Notes: generated by a model from the letters alone, not told the origin. Numbered from the stretch's first letter, positions 48,241-63,817 are shown. The stretch: DNA of 64,000 nt from the human T2T-CHM13v2.0 reference genome, Homo sapiens (GCF_009914755.1 NC_060925.1), one strand, 5' to 3'. Program-made: numbers and translations.

Positions 48241-48779
48241 CCTTCCCCCTAGAGTGACAGTGCAGGGAAGTGAGGCAGTGGGTGAATCAGGCAGGCACGC
48301 TGCAGAACTCGGTCAGCGTTCACAGCTCTGTGCTGAGGTTGCTCTAGAGCCACCCTGTCCTCAGACCCCACTGGGGAGGAAGAGGCGTGGATTCTCATGC
48401 CTGTTCCACTCATCAGTATTTGACCTCGCACATGTCACCTTTAACCTTTTCCTGCCTCAGTTTCCTCATCTGTAAAAACGACAGCCACCACAGGCCCAGA
48501 CGAGAGGCAGGGACTGTGAGGGATGAGCGGGCGGAGAAGCAGGAGGGCTTGGCCAAGCCTCAGGTTTATTTTTAATGGCCACGCTCTGAGTCTATGTCCC
48601 TTGTGCCTGTTCTCAGCTGCAACGAAAGCAGTCTGCCCCAAATGTGCCACCTTCAGGCCCCTGGCCACCACCTTCTTGGACCATTTGGACCAGCCCTTGC
48701 CAAGCCAGTTCCTAGGCTGGGTCTGAACCCAGAGTGGTGGGGGGCCTGCCGCCCTGCATGAGGGCAGGGTCTGCCCAAT

Positions 48780-48890
48780 CCCGAGCCCACCTGAGCCACG
48801 CCTGTCGTTGCCCCCACAGGAGCCTCCCCTCCACAGCCGAGCCTGCATTGGTCCTTGGTCTTTGGTCCTTAGTCATTGGTCCTTGGTGTT
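48780..48890. repeat. Unexpanded paralog of 46496-46930 (unique leader plus about 6 heptamers)
   Basis: cccgagcccac...gttgccccc(a/g)caggagcctcccctcca is shared. Confidence 0.9.
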
Positions 48891-49597
48891 GTGACCCATA
48901 TTTGCCTCATCAGCTCACACCGGTGCCTCCCTGCTGGACCTGCTCCCACCCGTACCCCTGAGATCTGTGAAAGAGGGTCCCAGCCGGCTTCCCCCCAAGG
49001 AGAAGAACTTAGCTGTGCCACAGAGTGTGTTTATGAAGCACGGGAAGAAGGTGGCCTTGTGCCCGCTCAGTGCCCGTTTGGCGCAGTGTGCCATCCGCAC
49101 AGGAGCACCAGCCTTCCGATGTCTGCTCAGAGGCTCCTGCCTCGGGATCCTCCCAGTCTTTACCCCAGAGAAACATTCCCTAGACGAGCACTCATCTGCT
49201 GAAGGACCTGGTAGAGGATTCGGTTTCTGGGCACAGCATGCCTGCAGGGCCAGACTTGCTCTCTGATGTGGGAGATGTGATGGGTGCACTGTGGCCTCCG
49301 GATCAGCGGAACCTCAGGCCCTCCTGGTTAACAGGAACTGCCATTGGCCCCAGCCAAAAGGCAGGTGAGGGCAGGGCCCTGTGCTGCCATCTCCCCTTCC
49401 TGCCTCATGGGTCTCACTGCCCAGGCTCAGGGAGCGCATAAGTAATCCTAACTGAGCACTATGGCTGCTCTGAGACAGTGGGCCAGACCGGATCCTTGAC
49501 CCTGGTGTGAATTACTCCTCACATCATCCCTGCTTGTGAAATAGAGACTCTTTAATAACAATCGCTAATATTTGTTGGGTATTTTTACCCTGGACCA

Positions 49598-49990
49598 AGC
49601 ACTTTCCCAGCAACCATGTGAGGGAGGAACTGTCATTATCCCCGTTAGACAGCTGGAGGAACGAAGGCACGGAGAGGTGTGGAGCCTACCTTGGGATCCC
49701 ACAGCTCAGAGTGGCAGAGCCAGAACCAAATCCAGACAGAGCCCAAGCTCCAAAGAACTGTGCCAGGGCCTGGCCACCTCATCACACAACTCCAGAGGGT
49801 GCTGCTTACATAAACATGGTCCCTCTTGTTTTCACCATCTTATATTGTGGGACCTTGAAGTTCAGAATGGTGGAGTAATTTGCTCAAGGTTACACAGCAA
49901 GTTAAGTGGGAGAAATGGAGTTTGAAACTAGTTCTGTCTGACTTTTGTCAAATGGATGCATTTGTGTCAAGTTAACAATTCCCAGGAGCT
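49598..49990 (+). repeat. Left arm of inverted duplication (contains MIR fragments)
   Basis: ~88% identical to the reverse complement of 53572-53960 by manual alignment. Confidence 0.95.
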
Positions 49991-50183
49991 TGACGTTCCA
50001 AGTTCTGAGTGCTTGGAAGAGGCTGGAGGCTCAGAGAGGAGAAGAGAAGAGTCAGAACCCAAGGGGAGTTCCCAGCATTAAATTGCATTTAGTGGAAGAG
50101 ATTAGTCAGAGAAATGTGTCAATTGCCACAGGAGAGGATCTAATGCATGTGTGTGTGTACGTGTGTGTATGTGTGTGTGTGTG

Positions 50184-50548
50184 GTGTTAGTCTCTTCTCA
50201 TGCTGCTGATAAAGACATACCCGAGACTGGGTAATTTTTAAAGAAAGGGAGGCTTAATGGACTCACAGTTCCACATGGCTGGGGAGGCCTCACAATCATA
50301 GTGAAAGGTGAAGGAGGAGCAAAGGCACGTCTTACATGGTGGCAGGCGAGAGAGCATGTGCAGGGGAACTGCCTTTTATAAAACCGTCAGATCTCAGGAG
50401 ACTTATTCACTGTCACAAGAACAGCACGGGAAAAACCTGTCCCTATGATTCAATTACCTCCCACTAGGTCCCTCCCATGACACGTGGGGATTATGGGAGC
50501 TTATAATTCAAGATGAGATTTGGATGGGGACACAGCCAAACCATATCA
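50184..50548 (-). mobile_element. THE1 solo LTR within a (TG)n-rich tract (about 50145-50665)
   Basis: gctgataaagacatacccgagactgggtaatt...ccaaaccatatca. Confidence 0.92.
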
Positions 50549-52360
50549 GTGCATATACATGTGTATATGTGTGTGTATGCATGTGTGTATTGCATGTGTA
50601 TGTGTGTGCATGTGTGTATGTGTGTATATGTGTGTATGTGCATGTGTGTGGATACGTGGGTGTGAAAGCAGGTGCATGTATTTTAGATGAGACTTCACAC
50701 GCGTCATCTGCAGTTCCTCTCCATTGTAGCTCTGCCTTGGAAGCTTACAATCCTGAGTGGGCAGAGTGGACAGTTTATCCTTGTGCTTCAGAACTCACAG
50801 GTACAGCCACCCCATTCTGAAGGACCAACCGTAGGGGACCTCCCAATTGTCAGGTAGCAAGGATGTCAAGCTGCCTACTGAGATGGAAGATGCCACTCCC
50901 AGGCCCAGACAGAGATGAGACCCCGCCTGGGAGAAGGAAGCCGATGGGTTCAGGAGAGCCACCCCACCCAGGCCTCTTCCTCACTCCTTCCCGTGCTCCC
51001 TCCAAGGGCTGCCTGTTTCAGGGGCTGGCTTGTACAATCCTGTGCTTCCTAGGCATGTGGCTGGGAGTGTTTGCAGGAGGGGGAGCTGAGGGTTCATTCC
51101 TGCATGATGGCAGACCAGCCTGGGTGCTTATTTCTCCCGAGTCGCACTTTCTGGGCAGCCAGATGGACTGGGCAGGTGGAAGCAAGGGAGTGGGGCATCC
51201 CCCTAAGACTGCGAGTGTAGCAGTGTGGAGGGCCAGGGGGCTGTGTGCACGCACACCTGGAGGGAAGGCAGGTGCCGCCACCGACTCGCCTGGGCTGGGT
51301 GTGGTGGTTCAGGAAGTGTGGGTCTCCGTGATGCTAGGTCTGCTGCAGGTGTACAGAGGCTCGAGACACACCCAGCTTCACTCCTTCCTTAAACAAAAAA
51401 GTTACCCCATTGTTCTTGCAGTAGGACAACAGAGCTGTTCCCTGGGCCATCAACACAACAAAGGCTCTGTGAAGCAGCGACCTGCTTCCATTTATCCTGC
51501 AGGTTCTTACAGCATGCATCCTGGATGTGCTGAGCCCCAGGCCGGGTGCTGGGGACTCTGGTGAGCAGACAGAACTGGCCCACATCATTTGCGCTGGTTG
51601 TTTTCTTGCCCCACAGGAATGTGGGCTTAAGGGAAACCACACTGTGCTCCCAGTCAGACACCAGGGTTTGGTACCCAGGTTGGATGTTGTGCCCACTGGA
51701 GAAGTCACTAAACCTCTCTGAGTTTTGGTTTCTTACCTGTTGAGCACAGATAATCCCGAACTCCCTACCTGCAACCCAGCACTGTTGCACAGAGCGCGTG
51801 AGGGTGGCAGAGCACAGGTGGTTTTCTCGGCCAGAGCAGGGGCAAGCCAGGTTGGCGGGGCAAGGCTGACACCCTCAGCTTAGCCTCTGCGGTATGGATT
51901 TCTATTCCCTGGAAGCTGGCAGTGGGAGGGAAGTGATTTCACAGACTTCTAGGATGTCCGAGCTGGAAGGAGCCCTGAAGATCACTTGGTCCAGGCTTTT
52001 CACTATACAGATGGGGAAACTGAGGCTCAGAGGAGGGAGTGACTTGTCTAAAATAATACAGCTGGTTGATGTGATGAGAGTGCATCAGGCATTAGGCCAA
52101 GGACTGTCTGTTTCTTGGTGGGACCCTTTCTCAAGAATCCCTGCTCTGCCAGGAAGAACTCCAGGCCTGGGGCAAAGTTAGAAAGGTTGTGGAGAGATTA
52201 GATGGATTTTTTTGTTGTTGTTAATCTGTGTTCACATGAGAGGCAAAGCCAGCACTCACAGTGGCCCTGCCATCTGTAGCTACCCCGGAAACGTCCATGT
52301 TCACCCAAAACCTCAGTGCAGGGGACCCCTGGGCCTCTCCCTGTCTCCTCTGCCCTGTCA

Positions 52361-52720
<360 letters not shown>

Positions 52721-53146
52721 CTAATACTTGCCGTTTTTCTCCCCAAAAGAATTTGAGATCACTTCTAATAAAACCCCAGATATTCTAAGGGGAGATAACA
52801 CAGCTGAAAGAGGTCTCAGACACTGGGCAGAGAAAGGAAGACCTGTGTGGCCAGTCGAGGCGGCCTCCCGGCCCCAGCTCAGCCTCACACTTGTCCCTGG
52901 GCTCCCTCCTGTCCTACATGTTCTTGGCGTGGGCTCCTGAGAGCTGGGCTTAGGATCTGCCTGTCCCCAGCCTGCATTCAAGAAGGAGCTAGTCGTGTAG
53001 GCTGATCGTGCACCTGCCCATCTCCTTGCTAGTTCTGCAGAAGGTGCACATGGCACTTCTCTGGCAAAACCTTGTGACAGGGAGAAGAAGCAGCCTTCAA
53101 TCTTGCAAGGAGTTAAACTAATGGGAGCCAAAACACCTTTTTCTTA

Positions 53147-53527
<381 letters not shown>

Positions 53528-53571
53528 CTATTTCTGGTCTCACTTTGCTCTTGGTGGGTAACCCCCAGGTT

Positions 53572-53960
53572 AGCTCTCGGGTGAGTTAACTTGACACAAA
53601 TGCATCCATGTGACAAAAGTCAGACAGAACTGGGTTCAAACTTCACTTCTTCTACTTGTTGTATGACCTTGAGCAAATTACTCCACCATTCGGAACTTTA
53701 GGATCCCACTATATAAGATGGGGAGACCAAGAGGGACCATGTTTATGTAAGCAGTGCCCCCTAGAGTTGTGTGACCAGGTGGCCAGGCCCTGGCACAGTT
53801 CTTTGGAGCTTGGTCTCTGTCTGGATTTGATCCTGGCTCTGCCACTTCTGAGCTGTGGGATCCCAAGGCAGGCTCCACACCTCTCCGTGCCTTCGCGCCT
53901 CCAGCTGTCTAATGGGGAGAACAACAGTTCCTCCCTCACACGGCTGCGGGGCAGGCGCTT
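53572..53960 (-). repeat. Right arm of inverted duplication
   Basis: Mirror ORFs 49618..49878(+) vs 53709..53939(-) and 53678..53878(-); direct alignment. Confidence 0.95.
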
Positions 53961-54109
53961 GACTTACCAATTGACGCTCGATGCCGAGCCAGCAATACCC
54001 GGTGCAGAGGATCCGGGCTTTCTCCCCATGGCGGTGGGTGGTGCCAAGCAGCTGGCCAAGAGTTCCCCTTGATCATGACTTCTTCTTCCTGTCTTCTTGC
54101 TCTCTCCAG

Positions 54110-54299
54110 GCCAAACAGTCCTTAGCTACGCTGACCAAGGACGTCCCCAAGCGGCATTCCCTCGCCATGCCGGGCGAGACGGTGCTCAATGGCAACCAGG
54201 AGTGGGTGGTGCAGGCGGACCTCCCGCTGACCGCAGCCATCCGGCAGAGTCAACAGACTCTCTACCACTCACACCCCCCTCACCCTGCGGACCGGCAAG
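54110..54299 (+). CDS. KAZN: Kazrin coding exon 5 (190 nt): AKQSLATLTKDVPKRHSLAMPGETVLNGNQEWVVQADLPLTAAIRQSQQTLYHSHPPHPADRQ
   Basis: Long polypyrimidine tract ending ctccag|GCC; donor CAAG|gtgagt; contained in ORF 53981..54361. Confidence 0.96.
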
Positions 54300-54399
54300 G
54301 TGAGTCCTGCCCTGGCCTGGCTCCACCACGGCTTCGAGGGGCTTCACAGGAGGCCATCTGACCCAGTGGGAGAGGCAGCTGCTTTGTTCGTACTACAGC

Positions 54400-54800
54400 A
54401 GCTTGGGGGCGTGGGACAGAGACCTTGGGCTCATGTAACTGAAAAATCTAAGAGATGGACAGCAGGCATAGCTGGATCCAGAGGTTCAAACACTATCTGG
54501 GTCCCTCTGACCGTCTCTCCATCTCTTAGCTCTGCCCACCTCCTTTTGGCCTCATCTTCAGGCTGTCTCTTTCAGCAAGAAAGTAAAATAGTCCCCTGCA
54601 GTTCCAGATGTTTAAGACCCTCACAGCTCAAGTCTTAAGAAAGAAAAACTATCTCTTTCCCCCTGTGTCCATAGCAAATCCCAAAGAAAGACTCTGATTG
54701 GCCACATCAGAGTCACATGGGCATCCTTTGGCAGGGGAGGCAGCAGAACTCCTTGATTGACAGCTCTGGCCAATCACAGGGCATCCAAGAGGGGCTGATG
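54400..54800. mobile_element. Old MLT1 LTR fragment
   Basis: ggctcatgtaactgaaaa...ggatccagaggttcaaac...ctctgattggcc. Confidence 0.6.
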
Positions 54801-56614
54801 TCAATGTCACAGGTGTTTGCTCCAGGCACTCGGCAGGGAAGTCTGGCCTGTGGACAGCATCTGCACCTACTGCCCATGGAACAGGCTCCAAACTTCTCGC
54901 TGTCCTGTTGCACGTCTGCAGGCCACCTTGCTCTGTTCTCTGTCCCTTCTGCAAGTAGTTGCCCTTATGTGATAGATGCAAGTTGGGAACAGGCATCCAG
55001 CAGCAGCCAATGCACCAGAGGTAAGAGCTGGTCACTGTGAAGGCTGCAGGCTGGGCTGGCTGTTGGAGCTGCAGGAGATGAGTCAGACACAGCCCTGACC
55101 TACAAGGGCCTGGCAGGCTGATCAGGGAGATGCCAGCAGGCCCTGCTATTGCCTGTCAAGGGTACAGATGGGGGAGTGTAGGTGAGTCATTGGGACGAAG
55201 GGGCATAGGCCCTGGATTCAGACTGCTGGGTTCAACTCTGGCCCTGCTGCTTACTAGAGGCATGACCCATGACCTAGGCCAGGGTCCTCAGTTTCCTCAT
55301 GTGTAAAAGGGGCATTAGGCTCTTAGCACACAACGTACGTTAAAGACGTTTGCTGAGACTTCCTTTACCTACTTCATGGAGCTGTCGTGAAGATGAAATG
55401 TGTAAAACTGCGGGAATGGGGCTGGGATCATGGTCAGAGCTGGGTAAATATTAGCTGCTATTCTCATTATCATCGTCATCATCACCATTGTTGTCATCAT
55501 TGATAGGTGACACAGGGGACTTTGAGAACCCAGACAGTAAGCAAATTCAGAGTCTTCCCTTCCCATTGAGTGGGATAGCAGCCCTCCCTTCACTGTCTGA
55601 CCCAAGGTGGTGTGACTTTTTTGGGGTAAGCGTGGGCAGCTCTGGCCTTCAAAGCCTCAACTCAGAGGTGGAAGAGCTTATAATAAAACTGCTCGGGGCC
55701 AGCATCCTCGTCAGGCAGGGAAACTGAGACCCAGAGAGGGCCACCACTTGTTCAGAGTCTCACAGCCCAGCCATGCAGCCAGCTGTCCTGGCTTTGGGTC
55801 CAGCCCCAGGGCAGCAGGAGGGCAGAGGTGCAATTTGAAGGCAGACAGGGCTTGGGCAGTTTCTGAATCACGTGGGGGCAGCAGACTCCTGGTCATCCTC
55901 GTCTGCCTCTGCAGGGCCTCTCCTCAATGGAGCTGGCTCTGGTCTGGGAAAGCTTGGACAGGCTGGTGGATCTGCCCTCTGGGCCCTTCCTCCTCCACAG
56001 TATCTGCCTCACATACAACCATCTCCATGCATTTTATCAGACACCCCCTCCTCCAGGAAGCCTTCCGTGCTCTCTCCCCTGTGTCCTCTATGCTCCTGTA
56101 AAGTTGGGTGCTCACCTGCGTCATAGCACCTCTTACCCTACCTCGGGTTTGCTGTTGATGCATTTGTCACATGACTCCTCCCATCTGTCCAGTGCCTGGC
56201 ACTGTGGTAGGCTCATCATACATGTGGCTACTGTCTGGGATTGGTACCACTGGCATCCATCCCCATGTTACACATAACAAACCTGGCTCAGAGGGGCTAG
56301 GGAGGATGCCCAAGGTCACACAGCCTGTAGGGTAAACTCACCCAGATTGGAATTGACTCCAAAGCCAGGGCTCCTTCAGCCACCCATCTTCTGTATTAGA
56401 GCATATGGCCATTGGTGGCAAGGACTGTCTTTTGCAGGAATGCAACCCCACCTGCTGGCATGCCGCCTGCACATGGTAGGTGCTTAGCCAGTCTTGTCAA
56501 ACAAAAGATGCTTTCTCCATCCAGTGCCAATGCCTGCAGACAGGAGAGCAACCTGCTGGGGACTTGGAAGGGCTTCTGAGCTGTGGCTTCTGGTCTGGAC
56601 CTTCCATTCAACCA

Positions 56615-57730
<1,116 letters not shown>

Positions 57731-58190
57731 CCGATTTGGGGCAGTGGTTAGGATTGCACCAGGTCTAGGAATGTCCAGGTGGTGGGAGCATGTGAGTAGA
57801 GTCACAGAGTACTCACGTATTAATGCATCACGGTGCTGCTTAGAAATGAATTTATAAACATCAAGCACTTTCCTGTATTGGACTTGGAAACGAGGAGACT
57901 TGAATTTGGAATGAGAAGACTTGAAAACTTCCATGTCTTCTCCTCGTTCACGCTGGTGGAGGAGGGTTCATTGGATCCAGAGGCTATGGGAGGTTCTTCC
58001 CAGCAGCTGCTCTATGGGAACGTGTGGAGCTGTGGAGTAGGGGGTTGGAGAACCAGGCAAGTCTCTTCCCTTCTCTACACCTCAGTGTTCCCATCTGTAG
58101 AACGGGGGTGTTGGGTGGAATAACCGCCAAGGCAGCACAGGCGAGGACGTTCTCTCCATCCCTCACTCACCAGCTGTCCCTGCTTTCCAG

Positions 58191-58321
58191 CGGTCAGGGT
58201 GAGCCCCTGCCACTCCCGGCAGCCCTCTGTCATCTCCGACGCATCTGCCGCCGAAGGCGACCGGTCGTCCACACCGAGCGACATCAACTCCCCTCGACAC
58301 CGGACACACTCCCTCTGCAAC
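58191..58321 (+). CDS. KAZN: Kazrin coding exon 6 (131 nt): AVRVSPCHSRQPSVISDASAAEGDRSSTPSDINSPRHRTHSLCN
   Basis: Acceptor ctttccag|CG completes the split codon from exon 5; donor AAC|gtaagg. Confidence 0.95.
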
Positions 58322-59473
58322 GTAAGGCCAGCAGCAGCGGGGCCTGGGCCCCTGGGCCCTGCCCAGAAACTGCAGGGGCGGGGGTGGCGGGGTGAAGCCA
58401 TACTCGCTGTTTCCTCTCGTCCACCCAGGGAGCACTCTGGCGAATGCATTTCCTGTTCTGTTCTTTCCTTTTGCAAGAAGCGATGGATGTGGGGAGAAAA
58501 AGGAATGAGGCCCGTTTGCTCCTTGTGTCCGGGAGGGTGAGGAGAATCCAGAGGAAGCGGGCCTGGGTCGGCCGCAGGCACAGCCTGGAACTCTGCCCCA
58601 GTGGGCCCTGTCTGGGACCGTGGGCTTCTCCTCCCACACATTACCTTCCAGAGCTCAGGGCCTCCCCAGCACCTCCTCATTTCCCTTTAGAGCCAGCTCT
58701 CTATCCTGACCCAGGAGTCTTGGCATGAATTGCCTCTGGAGAGGCTTGTGAATATGGTCTAAGTTTGTTTCCTTTGTTTATTTCATCAAACACTTTTTGA
58801 TTGCATACTGGGCACCAGCTCCCAGGAGGCAAAGGCCCTAGCTGCCTAGCTCTTGATGACTAGTGGGGCAGACAGATGGGCTCTGCAACAGTGTGGGAGT
58901 AAATTGAAGGTGGGTTGAGCTTCTGAGGACAGTTGGAAGCCATGTCGAGGCTCTAACATGAAATATTGGGGTCTGGGTGTGGGGACCACCTTGAATTTTT
59001 GTTTTATCACACAGTTGGTAATGCAGAGGCTCCCCTCTGCCATATCCTGAAGACAGACATCATAGGGTTAGATCCTCAAATGCACGAGACGGCTTTTTCC
59101 AAAACTCAGTTAATGTCACTTTATTAACCAGCGAAATAGATAATAAAAAAGAAATGAGGTGAACACATTGGACAAAACCATTACTTGCCAGTGACATGAT
59201 TCGCTACCTGGAGAACTCAAGAGAATAACTTGAAAAGCTATTAGAATGAATAATAAGCATGTACATAACAGTGTTGCTTGGAAATCAGTGTGTAAAAATC
59301 AATCACTTTCCTATAGATGAGTCGTAATTATGGAACCATTTTTTTCAATCCACAATAATGAAAAGTGCTTATAAAAATAGCTAAGAGTAAACTTCAGAGA
59401 AGCTGCCTCAGTCTGCTCAGGTGGGCGGCAGAGATTGCTGGCCCGGGGACTTTAGATGGCCTCCTCAGAGTAG

Positions 59474-59929
<456 letters not shown>

Positions 59930-61590
59930 TAACAGAACCAAGGCAAGGAAGGTGGGCCACTGGAGGGGTCTCTGACATCCATTCCCTGATCCTGAAGGAC
60001 CACTGTGGAGTTATACCTACAGCCAGCAGTGTCCCTGCACCATTCTCATCCCAGTTGAGAATACCTTCCCCCCACGGCCATATTTTGTCTTCTCGTGGTG
60101 GGCCCATGGGGACTCTGGCAGCAGAAATGCTGCTGGAAAAACCCCATTCTGCAGAAGGAGTTCTCCAAAGGCCTCTTGAATTGCATTTGACCCAGCCCTA
60201 GTCTTTTGCCCACCATAGCCTTGGCACATTCCTGCTGCCAGGAAATGGGTGCTTTGATAAGCCAGTTGTCTGCATACAGGCGTTTCAGTGAGCAGGCCCC
60301 ATTCTCTTTACCCATAGATTTGGCAAAGATGTTCCTATCCAGAGTGGAACTATCTTAGCTGCCTTCAGAATGGATTCTGTTTGCAAACCTTGAGACTAAA
60401 GACTAAACTACCATTCATTAATTCCCTCACTTCCTCAACCCTTTTTATCCCCCCATCTCAACAGGTGTGCATGCAGGTAAGCCAGGAAGAGCCCAAAAAT
60501 AGCTACAGGTAACCCTTTGCCTTGGGCATCTGACGTCCACCAGCAAGAATAGTGCAGCCTGGACTAATGACTGCCTCATCCTCTCACACTCTGGCCACTA
60601 ATTTAGAGCAAAAGTAGGAACTCAGCATAGAGAGGTTGGAGAAGGTTGACGGACCTTGGCATTATGCTTGCAATTCCAGAAATAACCACCAGGAGTCTCC
60701 CTAGTAATGACTGTTTTGATCCAAAGGATCTGTGGGCTCCAGACAGGGCAGACTGATTCTGGGATGTAGTGAAGGCTTTTGTACACCTGTAGGCTATTAA
60801 GGGTTCCCTCCACACCCACGTAAGGCAGGGCTGGCAACACAATGGAAATGTCCTACCTGCCCATCCTAGGGACCTGTCGTCTGAGGCTCCCTAGGAAAAA
60901 GGGAAGGAGTTCAGACCCCTCCTGGGGCAGCCCAAAGCTCAGGACCAAGTATGCAGTTACCCTGGAGCTCCTGCCTGGAAGGAGCACTGTGCCAGGAGGA
61001 ATCTGACAGCCCCCAATTGGAGCTGTAGCTCTGCATCCAATTAGCTCCACGGTAGTGGACTGTCTGCTGCCTCTCTTGATATCTGTGAATAGGGCTAACG
61101 AGTCCTGCCTGCCCCTGCGCAAACTAAGAGATTCATTGTGTCGGTTGTGGGGGAAGCTAGAGGCTACGTGGTCTCCCAAGTTTGTTTCTGTCCCAAAATT
61201 CTCTATTTTGTGCTTTTTCTATAAAAGTACATTTCTTTATGAAAAGCACCAAGTCTAACCAAGCTCTAGCTCTAACTCAGAGGACAGACTGGGACAGGAA
61301 CTTAGACACCCTGGAGTGGCTAATTTGTTGGTCAGAAGATGCTGGGGGTTGAGAGGCCAGACTGGGCAGGAGAGGACCCCAGGAACTCTAGGGAAACTCC
61401 AGGCCCCATCAATAAGCCATCTGGGGGTATCTGCTTCAGGAGATGGGGGGTGGGCTCCCCACTGCAGAGGCAGGGTGGCCCCTGAGAGATGGCATCCTTC
61501 CACGGAAGGCCCCACACCGCACGGGCCGCCTCTGCTCTCCTGTGTCACCTGTCTCTGCTGTTTCATCTTCCTCTTCTCCTCTGGCTACAG

Positions 61591-61641
61591 GGCGACAGTC
61601 CCGGCCCAGTTCAGAAGAACCTGCACAACCCTATTGTACAG
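61591..61641 (+). CDS. KAZN: Kazrin coding exon 7 (51 nt, phase 0-0): GDSPGPVQKNLHNPIVQ
   Basis: Pyrimidine tract ending ctacag|GGC; donor CAG|gtaggt; in frame. Confidence 0.93.
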
Positions 61642-61714
61642 GTAGGTGTGCCCTCCCTGGCCACTTGAACCCTCCCTCCACCCCACCTTGACTACAACTT
61701 CACCCTCTGTTCCC

Positions 61715-61932
61715 CTGAGCCCACATCCATGCCGCACACCCAAGGTGGAGAGGATTTATGCCACTTCCGCTGAGCCCACGTCCATACTGCACACCCAAGG
61801 CGGAGAGGATTTATGCCACTTCCGCTGAGCCCACATCCATGCCGCACACCCAAGGCGGAGAGGATTTATGCCACTTCCGCTGAGCCCACATCCATGCCGC
61901 ACACCCAAGATGGAGAGGATTTATGCCACTTC
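61715..61932. repeat. 55-bp VNTR-like tandem repeat, 4 near-identical copies
   Basis: ctgagcccac...ggagaggatttatgccacttc starts at 61715, 61770, 61825 and 61880. Confidence 0.97.
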
Positions 61933-62264
61933 TGGAGTCTCAGGTGGGCTGGGGCCTGAGCCAGTCTCAGCACCTGGGCCCGCCTGGCCCTGTGCCCTGC
62001 AGGGCTGTGGAGCTGCTGAGTGCACACATGTCCTCCGTCCTGATGCCCTGGCCATGGCTTACCCTGGCAGCCAGCTCTATAAAATTCCCATTATTATTGA
62101 AAAGCTCATAGCCCAGGCAGTGGGTTTTTTGTGCTGCTAGAAACTTGATTCATTTTTAACATTTTCAATATTCTGTCATCAGAGTGAGGAGGGGGCTGCA
62201 GGGAGGACAAACAACATGAATTTGAGGGTCTGCAGGGGTCTCTGAAGTCACCTTTCTAGTCCTG

Positions 62265-62425
62265 GGCTCCCCACCTGTGGGTCTGCACACCACCCATTCG
62301 CAACGGAGACCACCAGGGAAGTGGTTCAAATGCAGATTCCTGGGCCATTTGCCCTAGAGATTCTGATCCACCAGGTACAGGGTGGGGCCTGGAATTCAGG
62401 AAATCCCTAAGTGTTTGGGGAACCA
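62265..62425. mobile_element. MER5A-like (hAT-Charlie)
   Basis: aaatgcagattcctgggcc...agagattctgat...gggtggggcctggaat. Confidence 0.7.
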
Positions 62426-63001
62426 TGAGTCAAGTCTAAGCCCCACCCCGGTTACGCATGATGCCACCACATGTCTTTGTATGAAGCACTTGGCAGTTTG
62501 CAAAACTCTCCTGCAGATACCACCCAGATGCCGGTAGTGTCCCTAACAGGAGGGCAGGGTAGACCTTACCACCATCATCTTATATTGTTTTCCCACGTCA
62601 CAGACAAGAAAACGTCTCAGAGCAGCTCAGGTGCTTTCCAGGGTTCCACAGGTAGAGTCATGATCAGAAATGGAGCCCCCGGTGGCCATACTGTCTCCTG
62701 TCCAGGGCAAGTACCAAGCCATTGCCTTCGGCTGACGCAGGCTCCAGACTCCTCCACATTTTCCGGACTCTCCCAGGCCTCCTTGCCCATGTCACTGTGT
62801 GCTTAGTGCCCTGGCACGGCAGACAGGGCCTGTGGCCACCCTTCCTCCCTGTGGCCTCGCATCGTGGACATGACCACAGGCAGTGGCCGAGTGCATGGAC
62901 ATCCTCCTACAAGCCCTCAACAAGCACCTGAAAGTTGTGGGCAAATTGAATTTAAACAATATTATTACAGTACAAATGACCACAGCTGCTCACTGTACTG
63001 A

Positions 63002-63347
<346 letters not shown>

Positions 63348-63649
63348 TGTTCTCAGGGTCTTTATCCTCTCTTTAGCAACATCCTCGTGGCAATCTTGGA
63401 AGGGTCTTACTGTTGTCCCTGAGAGGTTCTGTGACTGGTCCCTGTTTGCTCAGTGAATGAGGGGCTGACCTTGGCATTCCAGCCCTGGAGGTGGCTTCTC
63501 AGCCATCCCAGCCCGTCCCTGACCCCACTGGCTTAAAGCTCAGAGAGGCCTTCCCCACCCCGGATCCCATCCACTGCAGTCTGCACCCCAGCTAAGCTTG
63601 GCTTTCTTCTTCTCCCCCACCCTCTTCCACGTGGCTCCTGACTCCTCAG

Positions 63650-63817
63650 TCACTAGAGGATCTTGAAGACCAAAAACGGAAAAAGAAGAAAGAGAAGATG
63701 GGATTCGGCTCCATCTCCCGCGTCTTCGCCAGAGGGAAGCAGCGGAAGTCCCTCGACCCCGGCCTCTTTGATGGTACCGCCCCTGATTATTACATAGAGG
63801 AGGACGCGGACTGGTGA
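63650..63817 (+). CDS. KAZN: Kazrin exon 8: SLEDLEDQKRKKKKEKMGFGSISRVFARGKQRKSLDPGLFD then GTAPDYYIEEDADW* (short isoform end); internal donor after 63773 for the long isoform
   Basis: Acceptor ctcctcag|TCA; basic NLS-like KRKKKK; TGA at 63815-63817; internal GATG|gtaccg donor. Confidence 0.94.
   Translation, partial: SLEDLEDQKRKKKKEKMGFGSISRVFARGKQRKSLDPGLFDGTAPDYYIEEDADW

Noticed and set aside
50863-51564. 233-aa ORF inside the inverted-repeat spacer (transposon-like arrangement)
   Set aside because: No transposase or other motifs, low-complexity G/P/S/W composition, no TSD seen, and the arms are MIR-containing rather than terminal inverted repeats
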